Of a DNA stretch of 29,531 bases, positions 10,208-19,079 are shown piece by piece. The position numbers and the translations under genes are program-made. Within the stretch, counting starts at the first letter, position 1, and every line of letters begins with the position of its first letter. The notes below the pieces were generated by a model. It was not told the origin of the DNA, ran no database searches, and was given only the letters and a program-made list of their open reading frames with translations. Source of the stretch: Candidatus Thorarchaeota archaeon SMTZ1-45 (GTDB lineage: Archaea > Asgardarchaeota > Thorarchaeia > Thorarchaeales > Thorarchaeaceae); the NCBI GenBank assembly GCA_001563335.1, contig LRSL01000057.1, positions 1 to 29,531 on the forward strand, given 5' to 3'.

Positions 10208-12237
10208 TTTACCACCTCAATATTCACTGAACATACTTTATATTCTGGCATTCCGCATGATGGGTCAAGGACAGGATTTGTTATTTTATTAGCACATGAT
10301 TCACTGAAATGAAATGGCAGAAAGACAAATCCTTTAGGAACATCATCTGTCAATCGAGCTTTTGCTTCAATCGATCCCCGCCTTGTACTTAGAGTGATTT
10401 TGCATCCATCTGTGATGTTCTTCGCAGCAGCATCCTTTGGATTAACTTGGCAGTAGTTAATTGGAACTTCAGCATCCAGCTTTGGCGTTCGACGACTCAT
10501 AGTTCCTGTGTGATAATGAAATATACTTCTCCCTGTTGAAAGGATGTATGGATACGCTTTATCAGGCAATTCCGCTGGAGGTTTATACTCTATAACTTGT
10601 AGGTGTCCCAATCCATCAGGTGTGTTGAACTTCTCTGTGAAGAAAGTTGAAGTTCCTGGATGATCTTCAGATGGACAAGGCCATTGGATACCACCCAATG
10701 TGTTTTCAAGACGTTCATAGGTTATCCCTCTGTAAGGAGGTACAACTTTTCTTATCTCGTCGAGGATTTCACTTGGAGATGAGAAATCAAACTTGTCCTT
10801 GAAACCCATCCTATTTGCCACCTGGCAGACAACCCACCAGTCAGGTTTTGCATCACCCGGTGGTTCAACAAGCTTGTTGATTTTTTGTACTCGTCTATCA
10901 ACATAAGCGTGAACACCTTCACGTTCCACCCACGTACTCACTGGAAGAACAATATCAGCCAATTGAGCAGTTTCAGTGAGATAGATATCTTGTACTATTA
11001 ACAACTCCTTAGCCTCAAGAGATTCTCTCACTCTATCAACATCAGGAGCAGCCATCATTGGATTAGTACCAATTATCCACATGTACTTAGTTTGTTGAAT
11101 CATCTTTGTGTAGGGCAAACCAGGCTCAGCAGGTAGATTTTCTACGCCCCAAAGTTCACCGAATTTAATGTGAGGTTCAGCTGGTGTACCAACCCTTTGG
11201 AATCCCGGATAAAATACATTGAGACAGCCCATATCACCGGTACCCTCACCGTTGATTTGACCACGTGTGGGACATAGACCCGTACCTGGTCTTCCATATT
11301 GCCCAATAATGAGAGCTAGAGTAGCTAGGGCCTTGATACCATCAGTACCAGTTGTGTGTTGATTGAGTCCTTGGTTGTAGATTACACAACATGTTTTAGC
11401 TTTAGCAAGCATACGAGCTGTCTTGTTCAAGTCTTTCAAAGACACACTAGATATTTTTGACATCTCTTGAAGATCAAGAGAAGTCAGGTGTTCACGAAGG
11501 GCTTCTATTCCTGTTGTCCGAGATTCTATGAATTCCTTATCTTCGAGCTCATTTTCAAGGATGATTTTCATCAAAGAGTTTAGAACAAGAACATCCGTCC
11601 CAGCTTCAAGTTGTAGATGGATATCTCCTAGTTCTCTTGCTGTAATTGTCTTTCTTGGATCCATTACGATTATTTTCGCACCCTTTGCCTTTGCCCGCAT
11701 TGCCCTTTTTGCCATCAATGGGAATGTTTCTTTGAGATTGATACCTACAAGGAATATGCAGTCAGTCTTCTCAATATCCATTTGCGAGATTGGCATGACT
11801 CCAGATCCCACGGTTGGTCCAAGCCCTGCAGCAGTTGATGAGTGGCACAATCGTCCACAATACTCAACATTATTGGTCTTCATAACAACCCTTGTAAACT
11901 TCTGCTGGACATAGGCATCCTCGTTGGTATTTTTTCCTGAAGCAAGGAGACCAAACTCATTTGGTTCTGCTTCTTTCAACTTACTAGTAATGAGCTCGAA
12001 TACTTCATCCCAGGTAGACTGAACAAGTTCCCCATTTTTCCTAATAAGAGGTGTCTTCAATCTGTCTTCAGAATATAGAAACTGATAGGCGTTCCTCCCT
12101 TTTGGACAATTTCCACCTTCGTTTATTGGATGTTCATTCTGAGGCTCTTGACCTATAATCTTTCCATCTTCTATCACTAGATAGATTCCACAACCGCAGC
12201 TGCAATAAGGACAGATTGTTTGCTTATACTCTATCAT
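10204..12237 (-). CDS. fdhA: Formate dehydrogenase alpha subunit (Mo/W-bisPGD, Cys form)
   Basis: CPYCSCGC...CPKG [4Fe-4S], active-site CGRLCH, RGQ.N..G..DMG, and C-terminal molybdopterin dinucleotide-binding domain (LSTGR...HYHTGTM; PEYK). Confidence 0.9.
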   Translation of the reverse strand: MIEYKQTICPYCSCGCGIYLVIEDGKIIGQEPQNEHPINEGGNCPKGRNAYQFLYSEDRLKTPLIRKNGELVQSTWDEVFELITSKLKEAEPNEFGLLASGKNTNEDAYVQQKFTRVVMKTNNVEYCGRLCHSSTAAGLGPTVGSGVMPISQMDIEKTDCIFLVGINLKETFPLMAKRAMRAKAKGAKIIVMDPRKTITARELGDIHLQLEAGTDVLVLNSLMKIILENELEDKEFIESRTTGIEALREHLTSLDLQEMSKISSVSLKDLNKTARMLAKAKTCCVIYNQGLNQHTTGTDGIKALATLALIIGQYGRPGTGLCPTRGQINGEGTGDMGCLNVFYPGFQRVGTPAEPHIKFGELWGVENLPAEPGLPYTKMIQQTKYMWIIGTNPMMAAPDVDRVRESLEAKELLIVQDIYLTETAQLADIVLPVSTWVEREGVHAYVDRRVQKINKLVEPPGDAKPDWWVVCQVANRMGFKDKFDFSSPSEILDEIRKVVPPYRGITYERLENTLGGIQWPCPSEDHPGTSTFFTEKFNTPDGLGHLQVIEYKPPAELPDKAYPYILSTGRSIFHYHTGTMSRRTPKLDAEVPINYCQVNPKDAAAKNITDGCKITLSTRRGSIEAKARLTDDVPKGFVFLPFHFSESCANKITNPVLDPSCGMPEYKVCSVNIEVVK

Positions 12238-12657
12238 TCAACGACCTCCTATAGAATTGGGACCAAGCTCTTTGATCTCTTCTACAAAATCGTTAACTAC
12301 CGTAGCGAACTTAATAGCCTCAGATGCAGAAACCCACTCCAACCTCAGTCTGTTAGGGGGAATTCCAATAGTTTCAAGAACTGTCTTTAGCATCATTACT
12401 CTCCGTCTTGTGTAAAGATTCCCAGACTTGTAGTGACAGTCTCCTGGATGACAGCCAGCTACAAGTACGCCATCCGCTCCAGACATGATTGCTTTGATTA
12501 CAAATGTAGGATCTATACGACTTGAGCAATTTAGACGTAGAGCCTTTATGTTGGGAGAGTATTGGATACGACTTGTGCCAGTCAAATCTGCACCCGCATA
12601 ACTGCACCAATTACAAAGAAAAGCAACAATTCTAGGTTCGAATGTTCCATTGGACAT
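12238..12657 (-). CDS. mvhD: Methyl-viologen-reducing hydrogenase delta subunit ([2Fe-2S] Hdr adaptor)
   Basis: FLCNWCSYAGAD, LNCSSR, GADGVLVAGCHPGDCHY, WVSASE. Confidence 0.93.
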   Translation of the reverse strand: MSNGTFEPRIVAFLCNWCSYAGADLTGTSRIQYSPNIKALRLNCSSRIDPTFVIKAIMSGADGVLVAGCHPGDCHYKSGNLYTRRRVMMLKTVLETIGIPPNRLRLEWVSASEAIKFATVVNDFVEEIKELGPNSIGGR

Positions 12658-12671
12658 AAGTATCCCTCTGG

Positions 12672-12750
12672 ATTACAATAATTGTGCTAGTATGAGCTTG
12701 ATATAAATATTTTTTATCTGATTATAATATTATAACTTACAATTTGTAAC
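12672..12750. promoter_or_regulatory. AT-rich promoter region of mvhD-fdhAB with palindromic candidate operators
   Basis: ACAAT-A-ATTGT (12675-12685), perfect palindrome TTATAATATTATAA (12722-12735), TTACAA-T-TTGTAA (12737-12749). Confidence 0.4.
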
Positions 12751-12945
12751 TATCACTTAACCTCCCAAATAAGGCTACTAGGATTCACTGGAACTATTCA
12801 AATTCAAGATTAATAGAGAAAAAGGAGCGAAGAGCGGTAAAAGAATCCTTCCAAGACTGTTGCTTAAACTCGATCTGTTTCTCTTGCGACTCTTCCCATA
12901 ATGTATAACTGCTTGGAGTCCAAATGGAGTTTCTTGGTGCTTTTA

Positions 12946-13929
12946 ATGTCAGAATCAGAAAATCGCTTGCTCTATATTTCACAAGCAGACATCAATAGAA
13001 TCAACATTTCCATAAGGGAGATAATCGAACAACTTGAAGTCGCATTTGCAGAAAAAGCAGAGGGACGAATTGAAATGCCACCAAAACCGGGAATCCATCC
13101 TGGCAATGGTGACAATTTCATTCACGCGATGCCTGCATACATTCCCGCGATGAAGTCTGCAGGAGTTAAATGGGTTAGTGGTTTCCCACAAAACCAAGAG
13201 AGAGGGTTGCCATACATTTCTGGTCTATTGATTCTGAATGATCCGGAAACAGGTTTACCAATCTCAGTGATGGACTGTGTGTGGATTACAGCTAAACGAA
13301 CGGGTGCTGCAACTGCAATTGCTGCGAAACATCTGGCACATCCCGAGTCATCGGTCGTTGGTATTCTAGGCTGTGGTGTTCAGGGTCGGAGTAATATCGA
13401 AGCTCTATATGTCGACTTCCCTCTCAAACAAGTGATGGCATATGATATTGATCCTGAAGCTTCTGCTAAGTATGCAACAGAGATTGAAGAGCGTCATGGA
13501 TTGGAAGTGATACGTGTCGACCATCCCAAGGATGCAGTGTCTGGATGCGACATTATAGTGACGGCAGGACCGATTCTGAAGACACCACATGCAACAATAC
13601 AGGCGGGATGGATGGATGAGGGTGCCTTTGCCTCCCTAGTGGACTTTGATTCATATTGGCATCCTGATGCGATGAGGGAGTCTAACAAATTCTGTACCGA
13701 TGATATACCACAACTCCGACATTACCAGGAAGTAGGTTACTTTCAAAATATTCCTCCAATTTATGCAGACCTGGGCGAGTTGGTCGCTGGACTCAAGTTG
13801 GGGAGAGAAACACCTGAGGAACGCACTATCGCATGCAACCTTGGACTAGCCATAGATGACATGGCTGTTGCACCATTACTGTATGAAAAAGCAATCGAGA
13901 AAGGAATTGGCACGTGCCTGCCATTGTAA
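12946..13929 (+). CDS. Ornithine cyclodeaminase / mu-crystallin / archaeal alanine dehydrogenase family protein
   Basis: MPPK, MPAY....AGVKWV, ITAKRTGAA, Rossmann GILGCGVQG, GLAIDD. Likely start ATG 12946 (the track starts at 12901). Confidence 0.88.
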   Translation: MSESENRLLYISQADINRINISIREIIEQLEVAFAEKAEGRIEMPPKPGIHPGNGDNFIHAMPAYIPAMKSAGVKWVSGFPQNQERGLPYISGLLILNDPETGLPISVMDCVWITAKRTGAATAIAAKHLAHPESSVVGILGCGVQGRSNIEALYVDFPLKQVMAYDIDPEASAKYATEIEERHGLEVIRVDHPKDAVSGCDIIVTAGPILKTPHATIQAGWMDEGAFASLVDFDSYWHPDAMRESNKFCTDDIPQLRHYQEVGYFQNIPPIYADLGELVAGLKLGRETPEERTIACNLGLAIDDMAVAPLLYEKAIEKGIGTCLPL

Positions 13930-13951
13930 ACATCATATCAAACCAAAACTG

Positions 13952-15376
13952 TTAACACGGAATTATCTGAACTCCAGCTATTACAAAACCTCTTGAGTCA
14001 CTCTCCACAAGTGACGAGCTGATCTCCCAAGATTTTAAACCAAAAGTGCGAATCCATAGCACATAACCCGTTTCATCAACTCTAAAAAGGGACATGTCTA
14101 AATCGCGAATAGTATAATGTGTATCTACGGTCCCAGCGAGTACAAAACCACCCTCTCGTGGATTTATGACTGAACAACTCCAGCAATCTAGGTAAAAGCC
14201 CCCATATGCTATAGGTTCCCAATTCTTGTCATGTAGACTGCGATTCCATAATAAGTCACCGTTCGTATCGACTTGCATTAGCAATGTTTCTCTTGGCAAA
14301 TCCATGCAACCTCCTCCATAATCAGGTGGTTTTCTCATTGCGCCAGTGATAGCAAATTCACAGTTATTCAGCTCGACTAATGAGTATCCACGATTATTTG
14401 ATGTTTGATTATCCACAAATCTCCAAAGCCGGTTGCCATTCAAATCTGTACGGACCAATATTACATCCATATCAGAACGTCCTTCAGCTTGAACAGAACC
14501 AGAAATGGCAAATCCTTCATCATTACATTCAACAAGCGATAACCCTACATCCTGTGATGCCATACCTTGGATTTTTTTCCAGATCTCAGTACCATCTTCA
14601 TCTATACGAATTAATAGCACACTATCCATGGTCATGTTTCTAACCTCAATCATACCAGCCAAGGCAAAACCACCAGAAGTGCACTCAATGACTGAAAATC
14701 CCCATTCGTCCTTAGATTCACCATAGGTTTGCAGCCATATCTTCTCACCATTTGAGTCCGTGCGTAGAAGGAAAACATCTCGATTCCATCGGTTCGTGTT
14801 TGTGTCTAGAAATCGATTTGTACCAGCAATGACAAATCCACCGGTTCGTGATTCAATAATGGAGAAACCAAGCTCAGGGTTGAAACCATCGTAATATTGT
14901 GTCCATAACAGAGTTCCTCTGCTATCTAATCGAGTCAACAATAATGACCAAGTAGTTATGCCATCTTTTCGGTTGAGAGAAGGAGCTATCAGAGCTAGAC
15001 CTCCATCACTGCACTCTACAACATCCACCCATCCGGCATTGGTGTCAGGTAAGCTTACTTCCATAGCTATGATATGGGAATAATTCCAGAGCTGATCACC
15101 GTTTTCGTTTGTTCTTATTATCAAAGAGTTGATGTTGTATTTATGATTAGTTTGCTGCAAGGGGGGTAAGTAGAACCACGTATAGCTCATAAGGGACATA
15201 CCAGCCAGAGTAAGCACAACCATTCCAACAGCCAGAAATTGTGCTCTCTTCCTCCGGCTTCTGATGTTATCAGGGAGGGGAAATCTAAGGGGACGTCTGT
15301 TGGGACCTATCCTAGGTTTGGGACAGGGTTTGAAAGATGAAATTATCGACTTTATTAAACGATCTATGTGACCCAT
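13952..15376 (-). CDS. Single-pass membrane protein with extracellular beta-propeller-like repeats
   Basis: Basic N-terminus, TM helix (FLAVGMVVLTLAGMSLMSYTWFYL), then repeats of the type LLRTDSNGEKIW...G.S..EC..GGF..AG. Confidence 0.75.
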   Translation of the reverse strand: MGHIDRLIKSIISSFKPCPKPRIGPNRRPLRFPLPDNIRSRRKRAQFLAVGMVVLTLAGMSLMSYTWFYLPPLQQTNHKYNINSLIIRTNENGDQLWNYSHIIAMEVSLPDTNAGWVDVVECSDGGLALIAPSLNRKDGITTWSLLLTRLDSRGTLLWTQYYDGFNPELGFSIIESRTGGFVIAGTNRFLDTNTNRWNRDVFLLRTDSNGEKIWLQTYGESKDEWGFSVIECTSGGFALAGMIEVRNMTMDSVLLIRIDEDGTEIWKKIQGMASQDVGLSLVECNDEGFAISGSVQAEGRSDMDVILVRTDLNGNRLWRFVDNQTSNNRGYSLVELNNCEFAITGAMRKPPDYGGGCMDLPRETLLMQVDTNGDLLWNRSLHDKNWEPIAYGGFYLDCWSCSVINPREGGFVLAGTVDTHYTIRDLDMSLFRVDETGYVLWIRTFGLKSWEISSSLVESDSRGFVIAGVQIIPC

Positions 15377-15831
15377 TCAAGCCTCCTCATTATTGCACCG
15401 AATAGATAGCCGCTAAGCTCTGAAGGTGGTAAGCTCCTCTTCAATGGAATCTCCCATTCAGATCCTAGTTGAGTCAGAGTCTCTTTGCACACCTGAATAT
15501 CTGTACAAGAATCGCATTCTCCCTCATGGTCAAACCAGACTTGTATTCCTATTGTTGGTGAATAGAGGATGTATGCATCCATATTCTGTGCTGGACAAAA
15601 CCCAACTGCAAATCCATATTGTCCACTCATTTTTCGCAGTTTGATTCTATTGATCGATGCTGTATGGTTGAGAAGATCTCGGATACGTCCTTCTGCTATC
15701 CTTTGAGCCTGACTGACAAACGGACGGGACACATCAAATTCCTTGGCTATTCTTGAAGGTCTTACCTTCTGCCTTCGTTTCAGCCAGATTAGCCCTTGCG
15801 TGGGAGTGGGATATCGAAGTGTTAGGTACAT
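15364..15831 (-). CDS. HTH transcriptional regulator (sigma-70 region-4-like HTH plus Cys-rich C-terminal domain)
   Basis: PSRIAKEFDVSRPFVSQ HTH. H.GECDSC.....C putative metal site. Overlaps the start of the downstream membrane protein gene. Confidence 0.72.
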   Translation of the reverse strand: MYLTLRYPTPTQGLIWLKRRQKVRPSRIAKEFDVSRPFVSQAQRIAEGRIRDLLNHTASINRIKLRKMSGQYGFAVGFCPAQNMDAYILYSPTIGIQVWFDHEGECDSCTDIQVCKETLTQLGSEWEIPLKRSLPPSELSGYLFGAIMRRLEWVT

Positions 15832-16003
15832 TCTAGATACTCCTAATCAGTGTGAAGTTAACTACTCTTTGACAATAGACTAATGTTTCATCGAACCTTT
15901 TAAATCAATCCTTTTTTGTGTAAATAGTTGCATTAAACCAATTAACTTAAATAAGAATGTAATATATTAGTTTGTTGTATTAATTTAGTTAACTCAATGA
16001 GTA

Positions 16004-17194
16004 ATGGGAGATTTGAAGTTGAAAACCAAACTAATAGCTTTTTCTTGTTTCTGCATACTGATACTCAGTGTTCTTCCGCACCATGTAGTAGCTCAAACCG
16101 TTGAAGATATGCCACCAGCGAGGAACTCCTCACCAATAGCCTACGACAGTGAATCAGAACGCATTGTTTTGTTCGGCGGCTGGAAATCCGACTTCACTGC
16201 TGCAGACTATAATGACACTTGGTCATACCATCTGAACACTAACACATGGACAGAGATGTCGCCAGCAACTGTTCCACCTGCACGAGCTGGCCATGCATTA
16301 ACCTACGACATAGAATCAGATAGAATAATCATGTTCAGTGGTCACAGAACTGGAGGAGGGGGCACACTCCAGAACTGGAATGATACATGGGCATATGATT
16401 TCAACACAGACACCTGGACCAATATGAATCCTACAACAATGCCTCCTCCAAGACTGATGGCATGGATGACATATGACAGCGAATCTGATATTTGCATTCT
16501 CTTCGGAGGCATATGTGATGGAGGTAACTTTTATGGAGATACTTGGGCCTATGACTACAATACAAACAACTGGACCAACATGAATCCCTCGAATGCACCA
16601 TCGAATCGTGTAGCTGCAATGACATACGACTCAGAGTCGGACAAGATCATCCTCTATGGTGGAGGGGGGTATATCACCTGGCCAATCGTAATGTACACAG
16701 ACACATGGGTATACGATTACAATACCAATACATGGTCTGAGATGAATCCTGCCGAGAATCCTACATCATCAAATTGTGACTTAGCATATGATGAAGAATC
16801 AGACAAGGTGATCATGTTTGGAGGCGCACTAGATTGGTATGAGGAGAATATAGTGTCTGAAACATGGGTATACGACTACAACACCAACACATGGGAGGAG
16901 AAGACGCCAAATCCAGAGCCTAGCCCAAGGGCCAGACAGTACATGACTTATGACCCTGAATCTGATAAGACAGTTTTGTACAGTGGTGGTCAGTTTGAGG
17001 CTCCTGAGTCCTACAATATAACCAATGACCTCTGGGCGTATGACTACAATACAGACAACTGGACAAAAATGATGCCTATAGAGCCCACTGAGCATACTGA
17101 GCCCATTGATCCCTTCATAATAGTCGTTGTAGTAACGGCGATTGCCATCATTACTGTTGTTGTAATTGTGATTGTACGTAAGATTCGGACCTAG
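16004..17194 (+). CDS. Secreted, membrane-anchored Kelch-repeat beta-propeller protein
   Basis: Signal peptide, six Kelch-type repeats (YDSESD...LFGG...TW.YDYNTN.W..M.P), C-terminal TM and basic tail. Confidence 0.85.
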   Translation: MGDLKLKTKLIAFSCFCILILSVLPHHVVAQTVEDMPPARNSSPIAYDSESERIVLFGGWKSDFTAADYNDTWSYHLNTNTWTEMSPATVPPARAGHALTYDIESDRIIMFSGHRTGGGGTLQNWNDTWAYDFNTDTWTNMNPTTMPPPRLMAWMTYDSESDICILFGGICDGGNFYGDTWAYDYNTNNWTNMNPSNAPSNRVAAMTYDSESDKIILYGGGGYITWPIVMYTDTWVYDYNTNTWSEMNPAENPTSSNCDLAYDEESDKVIMFGGALDWYEENIVSETWVYDYNTNTWEEKTPNPEPSPRARQYMTYDPESDKTVLYSGGQFEAPESYNITNDLWAYDYNTDNWTKMMPIEPTEHTEPIDPFIIVVVVTAIAIITVVVIVIVRKIRT

Positions 17195-17201
17195 GGAACA
17201 A

Positions 17202-17229
17202 GAAAAGTAGCAAAGGAAAATGGAAGGAG
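17202..17229 (+). repeat. Highly degenerate partial copy of the vhuU-3' repeat
   Basis: gaaaagtagcaaaggaaaatggaaggag versus gaaaagagaaaggatggaaggag. Sits exactly at the junction where the ocd fragment begins. Confidence 0.4.
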
Positions 17230-17532
17230 CTCGCTTCTTTAGTGGACTTTGATTCCTACTGTCACCCTAACGAATTAAGGGAGTCCGACAAATTTTGCAT
17301 TGACGATGTTCCTCAACTCCGTCATTACCAAACAATGGGTTATTTTCAAGACATTCCTCCAATTCATGCAGATTTAGGGGAGCTGGTGGCGGGTCACAAA
17401 CCTGGTCGAGTAACTTATGATGAACACACTATCACGTGCAATCTCGGACTAGCCATGGATGATATGGTTGTTGCTCCATTGGTATATCAAAGAGCACTTG
17501 AGATAGGAATTGGCACCTGGTTACAATTGTAG
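17230..17532 (+). pseudogene. Orphan 3' fragment of the ornithine cyclodeaminase gene (duplicate of 13627-13929)
   Basis: The 96 codons at 17242-17529 align without gaps to 13639-13926, with 69/96 identical residues by manual count and many synonymous changes. The 5' two-thirds of the gene are absent. Confidence 0.88.
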
Positions 17533-17540
17533 ATTAAGAC

Positions 17541-17578
17541 TGAAAAGAGAAAGAATGAAAGGAGTGTGACCGAAGCAC
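17541..17578 (+). repeat. Direct repeat copy of the vhuU SECIS 3' arm/terminator
   Basis: tgaaaagagaaagaatgaaaggagtgtgaccgaagcac versus the native copy at 21832, tgaaaagagaaaggatggaaggagtgcgaccagcgcac. Confidence 0.85.
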
Positions 17579-17790
17579 TAAGTCGAGGAAGATTTCTCAT
17601 TCTGCATATCCCATCATCTTGATCTTTGCAATCCTTTTCATTTCGAATAGAAATCTATTGTCAAACTAGAGTTTTGGTATTTCTATTGCTTTTTAAAGGA
17701 ACCTTAAAAATCATGCCAAGTGATTATTCTAAATTAATCCAGTAATAATAATCGAGAAAGAAGCTGTCACTTAAAAATGAGGTCAAAACA

Positions 17791-18231
17791 ATGGTTTATC
17801 GTATTAAGAATATAGAGCAATTCACAGATTTGTGGACGACCATCTATAATACCAAGGGTAGACCTGATTGGTCTCATATCCTACAGTATTATGATGAAGA
17901 CATTTACTTTCGTGATTGTATTCAAGAAATACATGGTATGAGAGAATTCAAGGCAATGACTGAACGCCTGACCAACAGATCACAAGATTTGAAGATGAAG
18001 ATAACAAACATTATGATGGAAGGTAAATTGTTGTTTTTCGAGTGGGAGATGACACTGAACTTCAGGCAAACGCGAACTTCAACTATATACGGACTTAGTA
18101 GAATCACCCTAAATGAGGAAGGGAAAATCATAGAGCAAAGAGACTACTACGACCTGTGGGGCGATGTTTTCGATAATATCCCAGGTATTTCCAAAGTGTA
18201 CAGGATGTTCATGAAGAAGTTATTCGGGTGA
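17791..18231 (+). CDS. SnoaL-like / NTF2-fold protein
   Basis: YYDEDIYFRD...I.G, FFEW.M, EEGKIIEQRDYYD signature of SnoaL_2 proteins. Confidence 0.82.
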   Translation: MVYRIKNIEQFTDLWTTIYNTKGRPDWSHILQYYDEDIYFRDCIQEIHGMREFKAMTERLTNRSQDLKMKITNIMMEGKLLFFEWEMTLNFRQTRTSTIYGLSRITLNEEGKIIEQRDYYDLWGDVFDNIPGISKVYRMFMKKLFG

Positions 18232-19079
18232 CTGGTTTGAGTAAAATCAAGTATCTAAAACAATACAAGCTTTCCAACGTCTTTGCTATGATGCGTAATA
18301 ACCGAAAAAAGCCAGAGGTATGTAATGATGATTTCAAAGGACGCTTGGTGATCATTACAGGTGCTACATCAGGAATCGGGTATCAAGTAGAATGCGATTA
18401 CAAGATCGCAGATTTTGCAAGATTACCTGATGTACGCAAGGTTGGAAAGGAGCTTTTAGAATCTGACCTAGAAATCGATGTTCTTATCCATAATGCTGGT
18501 CTTTATTCAACGAAGAAGATATACACCGAAGATGGTAATGAGCTCGTGTTTCAAGTGAACTACCTTGGTTCTTTCATCCTGAATTACATGTTAAAGGATA
18601 AATTGAAGGCACAAGGAAAAACACGCATCATCCTTGTCAATTCAGAGGGTCATCGTTTTGCTGTGTTTGGTATAGGACTGTATGACCTCAAATATGAGAA
18701 GCGTCGACATTCTGGCTTGGGAAGCTATGGCGTTGCGAAAACTGGACAGCTTCTTTCGATAATAAAATTTGCAGAATATTTCGAGGATAGTGGCGTAACC
18801 ATAAATGCTGTGCACCCTGGAGATGTCAAATCCAATATGGGCCTAAACAATGGTCGATTGTATCGTTTCTTTAAGACGAAAATTGTTAACCGAACCTTGA
18901 AATCACCTGAAAGATCAGCAACTGCGTTATACTATCATGGAGTTTCAAAAGAAGTCGAGGGAATAAGTGGGAAGTTCTTCAATCTTACAACCGAGGAAGA
19001 ACCTGCACCTCCAGCACTGGATCGAGATGTAGCGGAGGAGCTCTGGCATAAAACAATAGAATTGGTGGGTCTAGAGTGA
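18228..19079 (+). CDS. Short-chain dehydrogenase/reductase with an apparent in-frame internal deletion (possibly inactive)
   Basis: TGATSGIG, HNAG, VNYLG, YGVAK, VHPG motifs. GIGYQ runs directly into VECDYKIADF, so the usual helix-strand-helix of the Rossmann fold is missing. Confidence 0.78.
   Translation: MTGLSKIKYLKQYKLSNVFAMMRNNRKKPEVCNDDFKGRLVIITGATSGIGYQVECDYKIADFARLPDVRKVGKELLESDLEIDVLIHNAGLYSTKKIYTEDGNELVFQVNYLGSFILNYMLKDKLKAQGKTRIILVNSEGHRFAVFGIGLYDLKYEKRRHSGLGSYGVAKTGQLLSIIKFAEYFEDSGVTINAVHPGDVKSNMGLNNGRLYRFFKTKIVNRTLKSPERSATALYYHGVSKEVEGISGKFFNLTTEEEPAPPALDRDVAEELWHKTIELVGLE

Noticed and set aside
10204-12657. Possible Sec codons in fdhA, mvhD or hdrA
   Set aside because: All are uninterrupted ORFs with Cys at the usual Sec positions within the window.
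16100-17070. Recurrent DNA motif (tatgactacaatac...tgg)
   Set aside because: Explained by the coding Kelch repeats; not an independent repeat element.
17595-17690. Short minus-strand coding-like remnant (MKRIAKIKMMGYAE*) and an AATAGAAAT/ATTTCTATT inverted pair
   Set aside because: Too short to distinguish from chance without a database search.
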